Shown: positions 14,154 to 27,753 of the stretch, one piece after another
How positions within the stretch are numbered: the first letter of the stretch is position 1
Layout of the letters: every line of letters begins with the position of its first letter
Source of the DNA: Eledone cirrhosa
Taxonomy: Eukaryota
Direction of reading: 5' to 3'
Length of the DNA: 64,000 bases
Assembly: GCA_964016885.1 (NCBI GenBank)
Contig: OZ024743.1
Location: forward strand, 312,232,001-312,296,000
The notes under the pieces: model-generated
Database searches by the model: none
What the model was told of the DNA's origin: nothing
What the model saw: the letters and a program-made list of their open reading frames with translations, nothing else
Program-made: the position numbers and the translations under genes

Positions 14154-15008
14154 CAGAGTAATTCGTGGTAGACGGATGGTCAGTAGGAATGTGTCTGTAA
14201 GTGTGTGGGGATATTTTAACATGTTAAAAGATAGTTTTCAGCTCTTGTCTTATACGGAGAAGTGTGTGTGTGTGTGTATATGTCTCTGTGTATGTTAATG
14301 TACGCGTGTGTATGTGTGTGTGTATATATGTGTGTGTGTGTGTATATATGTGTGTGTGTGCGTGAGAATGTGTGTGTGTGTGTGTGTGTGTGGGTGGACC
14401 AGTATTTTTGTGATACTGGTAAAATGGTGTACATTATTCGATATTTTCAGTAAAAACGATTCTCTCAATAGAACATCAAAAACCTTAATAATAAAAGGTG
14501 TGAAATGATATATAGTATTGGCATAATACCAAGGTGTGTGTGAGTGTCCAGATTGTACGTACTGCAAGGGGAATCCATTAGGCCTTGCCGTATTGGCAAG
14601 GCCTAATGGATTCCCCTTGCAGTACGTACAATCTGGACACTCACACACACCTTGGTATTATGCCAATACTATATATCATTTCACACCTTTTATTATTAAG
14701 GTTTTTGATGTTCTATTGAGAGAATCGTTTTTACTGAAAATATCGAATAATGTACACCATTTTACTAGTATCACAAAAATACTGGTCCACCCACACACAC
14801 ACACACATATATACACACACATATATACACACACATATATACACACACACATACACACGCGTACATTAACATACAAAGAGACATATACATACACACACAC
14901 TTCTCCGTATAAGACAAGAGCTGAAAACTATCTTTTAACATGTTAAAATATCCCCACACACTTACAGACACATTCCTACTGACCATCCGTCTACCACGAA
15001 TTACTCTG

Positions 15009-15093
<85 letters not shown>

Positions 15094-15609
15094 TCTTAAT
15101 AGGCATTTGAACTGTCAACAGGCTGCGGTTCGCACACACATCTCTGCTGACCATTATCACAACAACGAACCTCTTTACTACTACTACATACACACACACA
15201 CACATATTTGTTTTGAAAGACTTATTTTTCAGTGACTTCTCAATCAGCCGACACAAACCTACATTTGGCGCAAAATCAATTTTTAACATTCACATGACCT
15301 CTACCGACCAATCAAAATTGTTTGACCACAAGAATTTTTGCAACACGAATTGGCGCGAAACTTATTTTAATACATCTGGAGCCACTTTTTTTCACATAAA
15401 ACAGGTAGAATTTCCAAAACTAATCAGATTAGAGCAAACATCACGGGCGCTCTATCTCAAAATTATTTTTGAAAAGCATTAGAAATGCGCAACCGGTAAA
15501 ACTTAAAACCAAAACTGAATACTAGCCAACACTATTAGTAATTTTCCCTTATTCCTGATTAAACTATTTTTCAAGGTGAACAATTTGTCAGCATTTTCTT
15601 TTCCGTTTA

Positions 15610-15620
<11 letters not shown>
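13552..15620. repeat. ~2.07-kb palindrome (arms ~1.04 kb, 5-nt spacer), PLE-like fold-back insertion
   Basis: Centre ggccttgcc-gtatt-ggcaaggcc at 14581-14603. Arms mirror each other, including internal (GT)n tracts. Mirrored ORFs appear in the ORF track. Confidence 0.95.
15466..15501 (+). ncRNA. Hammerhead-like motif with U3-A8 core (mirror copy 13669-13704, minus)
   Basis: UUU-UUGAAAA-GCAU-UAGAA-AUGC-GCAA-CCGG-UA-AAA. GAAA reads GCAA in both arms, so it is probably inactivated. Confidence 0.6.
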
Positions 15621-15683
<63 letters not shown>

Positions 15684-15686
<3 letters not shown>

Positions 15687-15845
15687 CGAAGGAGGTGTGG
15701 TAAGGAACCAGATGGACCATAACGCACCAGAGTACTCAATACTTAGGGTAGTAGAGTGGGTAATAGGAAAATGTTTAACCCCGACGGCAGAGCTCAAGCC
15801 GTTTCGACGGCTATTTCTGGATTAGCCGTCGGGGTTAAACATTTT

Positions 15846-15850
<5 letters not shown>
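15684..15850 (-). mobile_element. Mini fold-back copy of the 42.7-kb PLE 3' end, between (TA)n tracts
   Basis: Homologous to 42722-42860. Inverted repeat ataggaaaatgtttaaccccgacggc / gccgtcggggttaaacattttcctat. Confidence 0.8.
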
Positions 15851-15921
<71 letters not shown>

Positions 15922-15926
<5 letters not shown>

Positions 15927-16130
15927 ATAATAATAAATTTGAAGACTAAAATCCAAAGAGGGCTCGATAAGGATAAATATATATCAAATATATAAGAACC
16001 ATGGACCAAATATTTATTAAAATAACAGATTAAAGTTTAAGCAAAGAATCGCTGCTTTCACCCTTAACGGGATCTTCAGAAGATCCCGTTAAGGGTGAAA
16101 GCAACGATTCTTTGCTTAAACTTTAATCTG
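15922..16130 (-). mobile_element. Fold-back pLTR fragment (same family as 56520-56770; decayed copy ~27150-27240)
   Basis: Near-perfect palindrome 16026-16130 centred on 16078. Confidence 0.8.
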
Positions 16131-16136
16131 CCCCAG

Positions 16137-17940
16137 TAGACCCATAAGAGGTAGACCCCCCACCATAACCTCAATGGCAAAAAAGACTCCCATGGGAAGG
16201 TGGATTGTGTACCAAAGCTATACGGACCCCCCAAAACAATGATTAGGTAAGAAAAATGGTCGCACATGCAATAGGGGCTCGTATCAAAACTACCCCAAAG
16301 GGCCACATATTCAAATTGAACGAGAAGATCTACACCCAAAATGAGGGAGCAGCCATTGGCGTCAGCATAGCTGGTGACGTTGCCAATCTTTTTATGGTAT
16401 GGTGGGAAAGGTGACTCAAAGATCTCCTTGATGAGAGCTCCATAGACCTCATCATGTACTCTCGTTACGTAGACCACATCAATATAGTAATAAGGACATC
16501 CCCACAAGAGAGCACTAACAAATTTGATTTAGAACGTAACACAATGGAAAGCATCCAGCAGATAGCTAATTCCATACATCAGAGTATATAACTCTAACTA
16601 TCGACAACCCTTCCAAACACCCTAACAATAGACTACCTGTATTAGACACGGAACTCTGGATTAACACTATAGACGAGAGAGCCCAAATTCTCCACTCACA
16701 CTATGCTAAACCCATGGCCTCTAAATACCTGATACTCAAAAACTCAGCAATGTCCAGTAGTGCTAAGTTTAATATTCTGATCGCAGACTTGGTACGAGTG
16801 ATGAAGAACGCGTCCCGCATGTGTGACCCAACAGAAATGGAAAGACACATCCAACACTTCATCAACCGCATGCAGTTCTCTGGCTACAACCAAATAGACA
16901 GAATCAGAGTATACGAAGGAGCCACGGAGAAGTATAAGACCCTCATAGAACTGGACATGAATGAATTTGCCCATTATACAGGAGCAAATCATGGAATAGC
17001 TTAGATAGGACTAGACAAAAGATAGGGAAATCCACCTCATGGTACGACAACCAGAGATACCAGAGTGTCATGTTTGTGGACACTACCCCTGGAGGGAAAT
17101 TAGCTAACCAGTGTAGAAAGGCCCTGAGAAAGACCCACTTAAAGATTAAGGTGGTAGAAAAGCCAGGAACCACCATAAAATCCCTGATCAGCAAAACCTA
17201 CCCTTTTAAGAAAACCCACTGTACTAATAGGAAATGTATCATATGTAAAGTAAACCCCCAGATAAACTGTAAAACTAGAAACGTAGTCTATAGCATAAGA
17301 TGTACAGAGGGTACTTGCAGAAACATGACAACAACATACATAGGCTAGACAGCTCGTAGCATAGGTGAAAGGATAGACCAACACCGGGGGGAACTAAAAG
17401 GACGAAAAAAAACGGTTCAGTACTATACGAACATGCCAGACAACAACACGACGGTAACATAGACAACATAGAAATTAGAATAATATCTAAACATAGAAAT
17501 GACCCAGCAGATAGGCAAATCATAGAGGCCAGCGAAATAGAACTTAGAAGGCCAAGGCTAAACAGAAAAAATGAATGGAATAACAACAACACCCAAACAA
17601 ACAACACTGACCTAAGAGAAGTATAAATAAATAAATAAATAAATAAATAAATACATACACAAGCACAATAACAACAAACACATATAAACACACACTAGAA
17701 AACTAAGATAGAATACAATAACCAATACACAGTCACCCAAACACGAACACACATCAAACAAAACACTATACACACACGCAAACGCATGCGCAGAGAAGAC
17801 AAAAAACAACAACAAATAAATAAATAAATAAACAGACTAAATAAAAATGGCGTAGGCATACAATGCAACGGGTGGAAACATAATAGCACCACTGACGATG
17901 TTGCAGATGTGCAACGAAAGAACTTTGTTAGACTATATAT
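16137..17940 (+). mobile_element. Degraded PLE (RT C-terminal half, GIY-YIG, 3' hammerhead); possibly Hydra clade
   Basis: HYAKPMASKYLILKNSAM...RMQFSGY; VMFVDTTPGGKL; CTNRKCIIC..NCKTRNVVYSIRC..TYIG. Stops and frameshifts present. CUGACGA-U-GUUGCA-GAUG-UGCAAC-GAAA at 17892-17919. Confidence 0.8.
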
Positions 17941-18129
17941 ATGTGTTTGTGTCTATATTGTATCTGTATTTTTGACCGTTGGTCAGTCAATGGTAACATT
18001 GAGGAATAAATTAAATTAACCGATATAAAAGACACAGAAGCGAAAACCAACCAAACAGTGAGTGTGTTCTGTTATTAATTCTGGCAATATTATTACACAA
18101 ATATGACCCTCCCCAAGTATAACAATATA

Positions 18130-18445
18130 TATGACCCCTTAGCCTTTGTCAAGGCAGAATTCTAGGAGAAGGAAAACTCTGATATAACACCTGCAACCCT
18201 GATGGTATCCAATGATGTTGACTTGTTATTCTTTTTGGTAAATATCATCTTTGTTAAGAGAGTGGGACTGGCTTTGTGCAGTGCCTTTGCTCACTATAAA
18301 AGCTTCATGGCATTGCTTTATATCTGGAGATCTCTCTGCACTTGTCATCACATGGTACCATGGGCCCAGCAATATGTGTCAATAATTGTCACAAGTGTAG
18401 TGTTTGTACCAGAGTTTTCAAGTCGCCGGCTGGACTAAAAAGTGA
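18130..18445 (-). mobile_element. Fragment of the repeat seen at 48090-48410
   Basis: Near-identical sequence with mirrored spurious ORFs (MVSNDVDL...). Confidence 0.85.
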
Positions 18446-18559
18446 CACATGCCAAGAGTTTCCCATTCCCATCTCCGAACAGGGCTCAATTTCAACAAAG
18501 CCCTGCTAACTTTAAATAGCAGGGCTAGAAAGGGACTCTTAACGTGTTTGCAAATCCAT

Positions 18560-18835
18560 GGGTTAAAATGTGGGTAAAGTAAGGCGTGGGTAAAGTAATA
18601 TCGTGGGTTAAAAACTGTGGGTAAAGTAAAGTCGTGCGTTAAAACTGTGGGTAAAGTAAAATCGTGCGCAAAAACTGTGGGTAAAGTAAAATCGTGGTTT
18701 AAAACTGTGGGTAAAGTAAGCGCTGGTAAAAACTGTGGGTAAAGTAAAATCGTGCGTAAAAACCGTAGGTAAAGTAAAACAATGGGTTAAAACTGTGGGT
18801 AAAGTAAAATCGTGGGTTAAAACTGTGGGTAAAAA
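18560..18835. repeat. ~30-bp minisatellite, ~9 copies
   Basis: Unit aaaactgtgggtaaagtaaaatcgtgggtt. Confidence 0.9.
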
Positions 18836-19659
18836 TCATGAAATAAATAGTGGATTGTGGATAAAATTAATAAAATTCATAAAACTGTTTAATCTTTCAA
18901 TAAATATCAGGGTGCCAATACACTTGCAAGGAAGGCACACATTCCCAGAGATAGTGTGTGCTACATAAAACTACTACACTTTAATGAAAGGACCAGCGTT
19001 CTAATTCGTAGAGCAATTCATAGGGATAGACTGAAAATATAACTAGTATAGACCGGGCCCTCACTGTGGAAATTCTTATCCAAGAATCAACCCTCACACA
19101 ACAACAACATGTATATAATTGCCCCATCAGCAATGTTGATAAGGAAGTGTGTACAAAATAACATATATCAAATCTGTTAGCTCATACATTGGAAACAAAT
19201 TACAGATCCGGATCAAAGAACACATCCACAAAAAATGCTTTTTCTGTTGAAAAAACAAAACAAACATCTACAGAAATTCCACGGCGCTAAGGGGATTTTG
19301 GGGCTTAAACCCCTCCATTAATGTGGAAATTTGTTGAATGGTCTTGATTTTTACTACACTGATTTTGTATTGACTCTAAATATGTTAGTCATACTTTTAA
19401 TTACTTTCTTAGTCTTGTATCGGTGGTACAATGCATGAGCTAATAATTATTTCTACTTTTGGCACAAGGCCAGCAATTATCCCTGTGCATTACTGGTACT
19501 TTATTTTATCGACCCCGTAAGGATGAAAGGCAAAGTTAACCTCGGCGAGATTCGAACTCAGACTGTAAAGGGGCATAATTCTAGCACCACCCCTATTTCC
19601 AAAACTGTAATGGCAGCTGCTTTTACTGTTAAATAAAAACATCTATAGAAATGCCACAC

Positions 19660-22518
19660 CCAAGATATCAAAGTCAGCCGCAGTGAAGGCTACTCATCCA
19701 GGAGGGCTGTGACTTCGATAAATAACGACTGCAAGGGGCAGACGTAGGGTTCCGTAAGCTGAAGTGAAGGCAACCAGTCTAGAAGAGTAGACACTCCAAA
19801 TAGAAATTGATATAGGGCGGAGAGGACTCTTGTGTTCAATAAGATAACCTCTTTAGTGCTGATGGCACGAATAATACACCCAGTACATACTGTAAAGTGG
19901 TTGGTGGTAGGAATAGCACCCAGCCAGAAAAATCCTGCAAAAATATGACAAGCACAAATACGATTTTCACTAATTGCATATACAGGGCTAACACTAGTCA
20001 TGTTAGAGCTTTGCACAGTAGTGGGGTGGCTACAGTAGCCATGTGCTGGAACCCATCGACAGTCATCAAGTAATCGCACAGCCTTTTTCCCTTTCAGGTA
20101 CATCGAACTTCTACTCTAGGAAATAACAACAATTGTCAAGGTACAAATCTCAATGTTGGCACCCTGAAAAGTAAATCAGGTGAAATTGTGGAACTGTTAG
20201 AGGGAAGGGAAGTAGATTATGCTATGTACAAGAAGTGAGATGGGGGGTGGGGGGGGGGGTGCCTCGGCGAGACTTATCCCAGAGATATTAACTTTACTGG
20301 GTAGGAAATAACGATGAGGTAGGAGGTGTAGGGATCTGATTAGCTGGTGAATGAATGGATAAGATGATAGAAGTAGTTAGAGTAAGTGACAGAATCATCA
20401 AGCTTAGAATATTTGTAGGAAATAGAATGGTGACATTTACATCTATCTTTGCTCCGCTGGCAGGACTAAGTAAAGACCAAAAGGACAGGTTATATGAGGA
20501 ATTTTACAGAAAACTTCAGGTACTAATGAACGAGACCTCGACATCCTGGCAGGCGACTTTAATAGATATGTGAGGCAGTACCAGGACGGATTCAGTGGAA
20601 TTCACGGCAGCTATGGTTATGGCTCAAGAAATGAAGATGAATTGAGGCTCCTGCAATTCTGTGACACAAATAGACAAACCCTTTGCAGCACAAATTTTAG
20701 AAACCAGCCACCTGATTCATGCAAAATCAGTTGAACACACAAGCCAAAGTGATTGCCTACTTGTAAGACAACGAGATAAACGGACAGTAATAAACACAAA
20801 AGCCTTTCCTGTGGAAGAATGTACCGCCCAACACAAGTTAGTATTTAGCGACATCAAAATAAACACAAGACAGAACACGAAACACAGGGAAATGTATGGA
20901 AACGGAGAGTTTGGACGCTAAGGGACCGTTCAGTTAAATATAGGTTTAAAAAGCCCTCCTGAATGCAGTAGATGAGAGGGGTGACGAGCTAGGTATATAT
21001 AACGCAGAGACAACTGGAAATTCCTATGTGACGAACTTTTGCAAACTACTGACGAAATTTGAGGCTGAAGTAAAGCGCCAGCCAGACAGAGGGTGAGCTG
21101 CTGGTGGAACAGCACAGTGGATAGAGTCATAAAAGCCACGATACAGGCATGGAAAGAGTGGAAAAATAGGGGTAGCAGAGACCAGTACCAGATCACTAAG
21201 AGAGAAGCTATACGACAGGTATACACATCTCGGAGAGAGGTTGAAAAAAGAAAGTTTGCCAATGTCTTGAGACGTGAGGATCAGAGATGTGAAGTGTTTT
21301 GCATCGCAAGACAGTGTGTTAGTGTAAATCGAGATGTTGAGGAAAATGTGTTTAAAACGACTCTGGTGCACTTAGAAAGATGCCTCGAAATGTTACTGCG
21401 AGAGATTGATGAATGTAACGAATGAAGAGGAGGAAGAGAAAGTACTTCAACTTACCAAACAGAAGACCAGCTACGGAATTTGACAGTTGTACGGTCAATC
21501 AAAGAGATGAAGAATGGTAAAGCTGTGGGACCGTTAGAGATAGTTGCTGAATCCATTAGAAAATATGTTCCGACTATAGAAACGGAATTTGGAATCAAAA
21601 GGTATGAGAGTAAACTTAGCCAAAACTTAAGTGCTAGTGAGTAGGAAAGAAGATAAGACACTGATCCCTTCAAGGAAGCGGCCCTGCTCCATTTGTAGAA
21701 AAGGAGTAGGCATAAACTCCATACGATGTACACAATGTAAATATTGGGTAACAAGAGATGTAGTGGAATAACCGGTAGACTAACAAAAGGAAGACATTGT
21801 ATGTAGATGTACAGGGGTAATCAAAGGGAAGAGCGGCAGTGATACAAACTTCTTCAAGTCAAAGGAAGGGTCCATGGAAGTGGTTGACAGCTTCTGATAT
21901 CTAGGTGACTTGATCAGCAAGTGGAGGAGGATACACTGAGAGCATAATAGCTAAAATAAGGATAGGATTGAAGAAGTTTAGATAGCTACTCCCACTGTTG
22001 AGAACAGAAGGTTTCTCCCTATGTACAAAAGGGCAACTGTTTGGTACCTGTGTGCGAAGTACGATGCTACATGGTAGTGGAACATGGTTAGTGACTGAAG
22101 AAGACATGTGTAGACTGGAGAGAAATGAAGTTGCCATGCTTCTTTGGATGTGCAACGTAAATGTGAAAGAAAGGCAGAGCTTGGATGAGCTGAGAGATAA
22201 GCTGGATTTAAGAGGAATCCGAGGTGGTGTACAGGAGAGAAGACTGTGTTGGTACGGGCATGTGATGCGCATGGATGATGATCGATAAGTGAAGAAGTGC
22301 CAAGAAAACCCAGTGAAAGGAAGCTGCAGTAGAAGTAGACCAAGGAAGACACGAGCAGAGGTAGTGAGAGCTGACCACAAATCGCTGAGACACACAGAGG
22401 AGATGACAAAAAAAAACGCGGCAAGTGGAGAGATGCTGTGCTGAAAAGGACCCGTCCAACCCATGCAAGCATGAAAAAGAAAACGGATGTAAAAACTATG
22501 ATGATGATGATGACTATG

Positions 22519-22520
<2 letters not shown>
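19660..22520 (+). mobile_element. Degraded RTE-clade LINE (APE endonuclease; RT core largely deleted)
   Basis: LNVGTLKSKSGEIVE, VQEVRW, VRVSDRIIKL, AGDFN, RLCWYGHVMRM. (GAT)n tail. Confidence 0.85.
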
Positions 22521-22608
<88 letters not shown>

Positions 22609-22639
22609 ACGAAACCTTGCTTGCTTGAAAATCTAATCA

Positions 22640-23730
22640 CCCTCTTTATTTTTCAGGTAAAAAAACGAACTGATTAGACAACAGAAAGTCATGGAACAAC
22701 AGAATCGTTCCGCCATTTTGTTTTGGTGAGCGCGGGGCACACTGTCAATAAAATTGTTAAGTTGACGAAATTTCCCAAAGCAACAGTTTATCGTGTTTGA
22801 TAGGAAAGAACACAAGACTTGAAGTGATTCCAAGCGCAGTCCAATGTTTCTCGCTGACCTCAAAGATTCGATTGAAGCAAACCCATCCACATTCATGACA
22901 ACTCATTGTGTCTCTTTCTACGATGTCCAGAGCTGTGAACAGGGAGGGACCTTGGCATGACTAGCTATGTTCGACGACGCTGTCACCTCCTAACAGCCAA
23001 GGCCAAAGGAATGAGTGCCGAGAGATGCCTAAAGCTTCTGTCATTCAAGCATCAAGGTGCAGGAAAAACTCTCTTGTTTGTGGACGAGATGTTCACTGTG
23101 GACGCTGAGGTGAATCGCAGAAATTCCAGAGTGATTGCATACAACCCATCTGACGTCACACCTGTGATTGAGACTAAGAATCCTGCCTCTGTGATGGTAT
23201 TTGGAGCCATGGCGAGTGATGGAAATGTCATGGATCCACACTTCATTGTATCTGGCTTGAAGATCGGCACAAAGGAGTATCTGGACATCCTGAAGAACTC
23301 TCTGTTACCTTGGATGGAGCAGAAGTTTGGACTTTACAATGTGCTTATCCAGGATTCTGCACCATGCATGGGTTAAAAGCAACACAGGCCTTCCTTGGTG
23401 AGAAGGTGCCATTTTGTGTGAGGGCCAACATTTGGTCCAGTATTAGCCCAGATCTCAAACTTCTCGATTACTTTTTATGGGGTGTACTTCAAGCAAGGAC
23501 CAATAATTCACCACACTCGAATGTCAACAGTTTGAAGACCTGCATCGTGCGTGCGACACGCAAAATGAAAACAGCGGAGGTTGCGGCAGCTGCATAAAAA
23601 TTTCGTTCTCGTGTGGAGGCAGTAATTGCTCAAATGGGCGGCCATATTGATTGATAAATGTTTTTGTTGTAAGAAATATTACATTAAAATTATATCTGTC
23701 TGCTATCATTATTCAAACTTAGACCAATTA
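22640..23730 (+). mobile_element. Degraded Tc1/mariner (DDxD, maT-like) transposon
   Basis: LLFVDEMFTV...MVFGAMAS...IQDSAPC / WSSISPDLKLLDYFLWG. Frameshifted. Confidence 0.85.
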
Positions 23731-24249
23731 CATCAGTTGTCAAGTCAAGAGTATTCAAACTATACGGTCATATAAAAAGATCGACTCGTGGTGTGCGTAG
23801 GTTATGCCTGGAAGGAAAGTTGACTGGTAAGAGAAGCAGTGGCAGGCAGCCAAAACGATTGCTTGACAATGTCAACTTAAGGACTGGACTTGATCTTTGC
23901 TCTTTGAACTCTGTTGCTGGTGATCGAACTTTGTGGAGAGAGATATCTCATGTTTAGCGTCACAAGAAGAAGACTACCATTATTTTAGTTAACTTTGCCT
24001 TTCAACTTTATGGGGTCGATAAAATAAAGTACCAGTAATACACTGGGTAATTGCTGGCCTTGTGCCAAAAGTAGAAACAATTATTTTAGTATTTATAACC
24101 AGTTTTATGCATCGTAAAAATAGTCTCAATGAAAAGATCGCTAAAAAATTCCCCTTCAGAGAAGCAAATACATATAGAACATCTTATACCTTATAAATAT
24201 AATAGACACAAATATACAATCAAAACGAAAAAATAAGTTGATTTGGTAT

Positions 24250-25800
24250 TTAACTAATGTATTGGTATGCGATGGGCCCACATACAGCCCCGGCGGGCAG
24301 AATGGAGAAGGCATTTCCTCGCAGGACGGCAAGGGAGACGCGCTGGAAAAGCCACTCCATCTCGCGGGACTCACACCTGCGGCTGGCCAGCTCAGCGCCT
24401 ATGGTGGTGAGTAAGGAGGTAGCCCTGGAGCCGAGGACACCAGAAGTCTTCACTGCCAGGGGAACGACCGCAAACCTGTCGGAGAGCGACCGGTATTTGA
24501 GGAGTTTGGCCCCTTCAGCCCGACGTGCAGCAGAACCTGGGTCAGTCGCAGACTGCACCAGGTTGCGGCTGTAGAAAGTGTCGGTGCAAGTGGCATCCTA
24601 GACGAGGGGTTTGCCACCGCGGAACGGGAAGATGGTCATGCCATGTGGCCTTTTGCCGTCCTCTCGATCCAGCCCCACCGGCTCGAGCTGGGAAGGTAAG
24701 CCTGCAGCGTCCAAGCCATGCTTAATGACCTCGTTGAGGGCAGCATGGCGTGGAATGCGGCCGGCACTGTGGAGACAGGAAAGCGGGTGGAGGCCAAAAG
24801 AGTCCACGGTGGAACCGCAGCGACATTGGTGTGGCTGGCAGATCGGGAGGCCGAGCCTCAGGGAAACGCCGATTCGCAGGCTATGGTTGTCTAGCTGCGT
24901 GCCAGTGGAGAAGGAGGGCAGGGAATGGACCCAGGCACCACTGTGGGGTTTGGAGGCCGCACGAAAACAAGCAAGGCGGTGCTGATCGAGCTGGCGCGTG
25001 AGTCTGTCTGAGGCCAGGCTGCACTGGATGGCATCCCAAGTGCGTTGGGGGGGGGGACTTGACGTCAACAGGGGGAGAAGGAGGAGGGACATCTACTGGG
25101 CTAAGTCCCAGCCGGTCCCACGTCTCACAGCCGGCCTCACGTTCTCTGAACACAGAGGGTTCTGTTATGTTTTGAAGAACCCTGCTAACGATGACGCGGC
25201 ACGAGGTTACCGACAAAAGATACGCCGGCAAAGCTAGTGAGATCGGGGATCGGAGACCAAAGCCGCCATACCTGACAGGTAAAGTGGCCTGTTGCCACCC
25301 TATGTCGTCAAACTTGACGTTGCATATCCCCTTGGCTGCTGCTCGGATACAAGTATCGAGGTCAGCGAGGAGAGATGTCTGGGAGTAGCATGGAGCGCTG
25401 CGGAGTGTATAGAGGAGCTTCGGCATGGCGAAGCAGTTCCTCAGCAGAAAGAGAGCTGGGTGGCCGTCAATCAAGCCCAGTCGGCTCGTAAGAGTCTGGA
25501 GCTGTTGAAGCCTGGACCTGATGGTGGAGCGGATGGCCGGCGGGTGGATCGGTGACCCGAGGATGAGGACATCCTCTTTGGGGTCACCTGAACCTGGCGG
25601 AGAATGGACCGCACGTCCAAGACGGAGGCTGCAAAGCTCGCAGCTTCGAGGCTGACGTTCACCACCTCTGACTTGGCCGAGTTGACCTGCAGGCCGACTC
25701 CCGCCAGGGCAGGAATCACCGATTGAAGGTCATGGCAGACCGACCGTATGGGCCCGCCCAACTTAGCATCATCCAGATACCAAACGCTGAGCGGAGCCTT
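24250..25800 (-). mobile_element. CRE-clade non-LTR retrotransposon, 5'-truncated and frameshifted
   Basis: WYLDD; LLRNCFAMPKLLYTLRSAP; QATLPVRYGGFGLR; CRCG..VD..GLHPLSC; DGKRP; WLFQRVSLAVLRGNA. Confidence 0.9.
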
Positions 25801-25931
25801 CTAGTTTTAGGTTACTTAACTAAGACTATATCCCCAGGGAAAGATGCTTTTGAAGTGTTCTTATTTTAGATTATTTTACTGGGATCTACAGCACAGTGAT
25901 TTTGTATAAGATGTTCTATAGATACATATAA

Positions 25932-25962
<31 letters not shown>

Positions 25963-25975
25963 GATAGATAGATAA

Positions 25976-26020
<45 letters not shown>

Positions 26021-26255
26021 GATAGGTAAACACACACAACACATACACATATATAAATACACACACGCACACACTGACACACACACATATATATATATGT
26101 ATATATATATAAACACACACACATATATATATATATATAAATACACACACATATATATGTATATATAAACACACATACATACACATATATATATATTTGC
26201 TGTCGAAACAGTTGAAGCTTAGCCGTTTGGCATAAAACCTATAATAATATATGTA

Positions 26256-26298
<43 letters not shown>

Positions 26299-26299
<1 letters not shown>

Positions 26300-26720
26300 T
26301 AGCAGAGGTACCCGGCGTTGCTCGGGTATTAAATAGCAGTTATGTATACCATTTATGTCAATACTTCAGTGCTGCTTCGAAAACTATACTTTTACAAAAT
26401 CATCGGCTTTTTCCCAAAGGGGGTTCCTGCTCCCAGGGGTCCCCTACTCAATATGTGCCAATTCACATTCATATGTAGAACAAACGTAGCCCATGGGTCA
26501 AGTTTTGTGAAAATCGGTTGCGAACTCCAGAAGTTATGACGTTTTGTTGCATTGCACTGCAGTGTTAAAGTCGACTCCAAGGAAGTGGGTGAAGTGGGGT
26601 TATCTGCCGCGAGGCTCTATAATCAATATCTGGAAAAATGAAAGTGCCCATGAAAATCCGGAGTACATAAGTAACCTATGTCTTAAGTTTGGTAAAAATA
26701 CTGTAGAAATGCATGAGGCA
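26299..26720 (-). mobile_element. 3' part of a second non-autonomous Helitron family
   Basis: Minus-strand terminus CCCGAGCAACGCCGGG-TACCTCTG-CTAG|T. The body is unrelated to the 8.4-kb family. Confidence 0.65.
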
Positions 26721-27343
26721 TACACACGCACGTGCATGCGTGCGTCCGTGCATGCGCGTGTTTGTGTGTGTTTCTGTGTGTGTATGTATTTGTATGTGCG
26801 TATGTATATGTATGTGTATGTCCGTCGGCGCATACGTATGTACTGGCCTAAATCTTCACTATTTACTTTTACTATTTTAATAACCTCTGTCATTTTCGTT
26901 TTCAATTTTATTTACATCATTCTTAAACTCCGGAGCTGGAAATCATTCGGTTATTTTAAATAGAATATTAGTCTAACGACTCCATTTACACCATAAACTT
27001 AGTCTTGTCTTTGCATGAAATTGTTCTTCTCAGTCCACATAACGACGTATTATCCTCGCTTTTTTTCCGTTCATTTCCAGGGAACGTCTTCACGAACCAA
27101 AATATCGTCTTCCTGATTTCCTTCGGTTGCAACGTTTCTCGAAATATTTACTTCTGCGTTCACAGTTTAATTTTTTTAGATTCAGATGTTCCCGTTAATG
27201 TTGAATGCGGCGATTCTTTGCTTAAACTTTAATCTGTTCTTATAACAAATATATATATATATATATATAATGAAAAATTGAACAGGGACAGAACAGAGAG
27301 GCAGTACGATAAATGTTTATTAAATTCACGCTCAGGAGAGTGG

Positions 27344-27749
<406 letters not shown>

Positions 27750-27753
<4 letters not shown>

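Noticed and set aside
18560-18835. Regularly spaced repeat resembling a CRISPR array
   Set aside because: Contiguous 30-bp tandem units with no unique spacers, no cas genes and a eukaryotic context.
19080-19260. Possible Poseidon-type GIY-YIG remnant (SYIG..RIKEHI)
   Set aside because: Too short and degraded to call with confidence.
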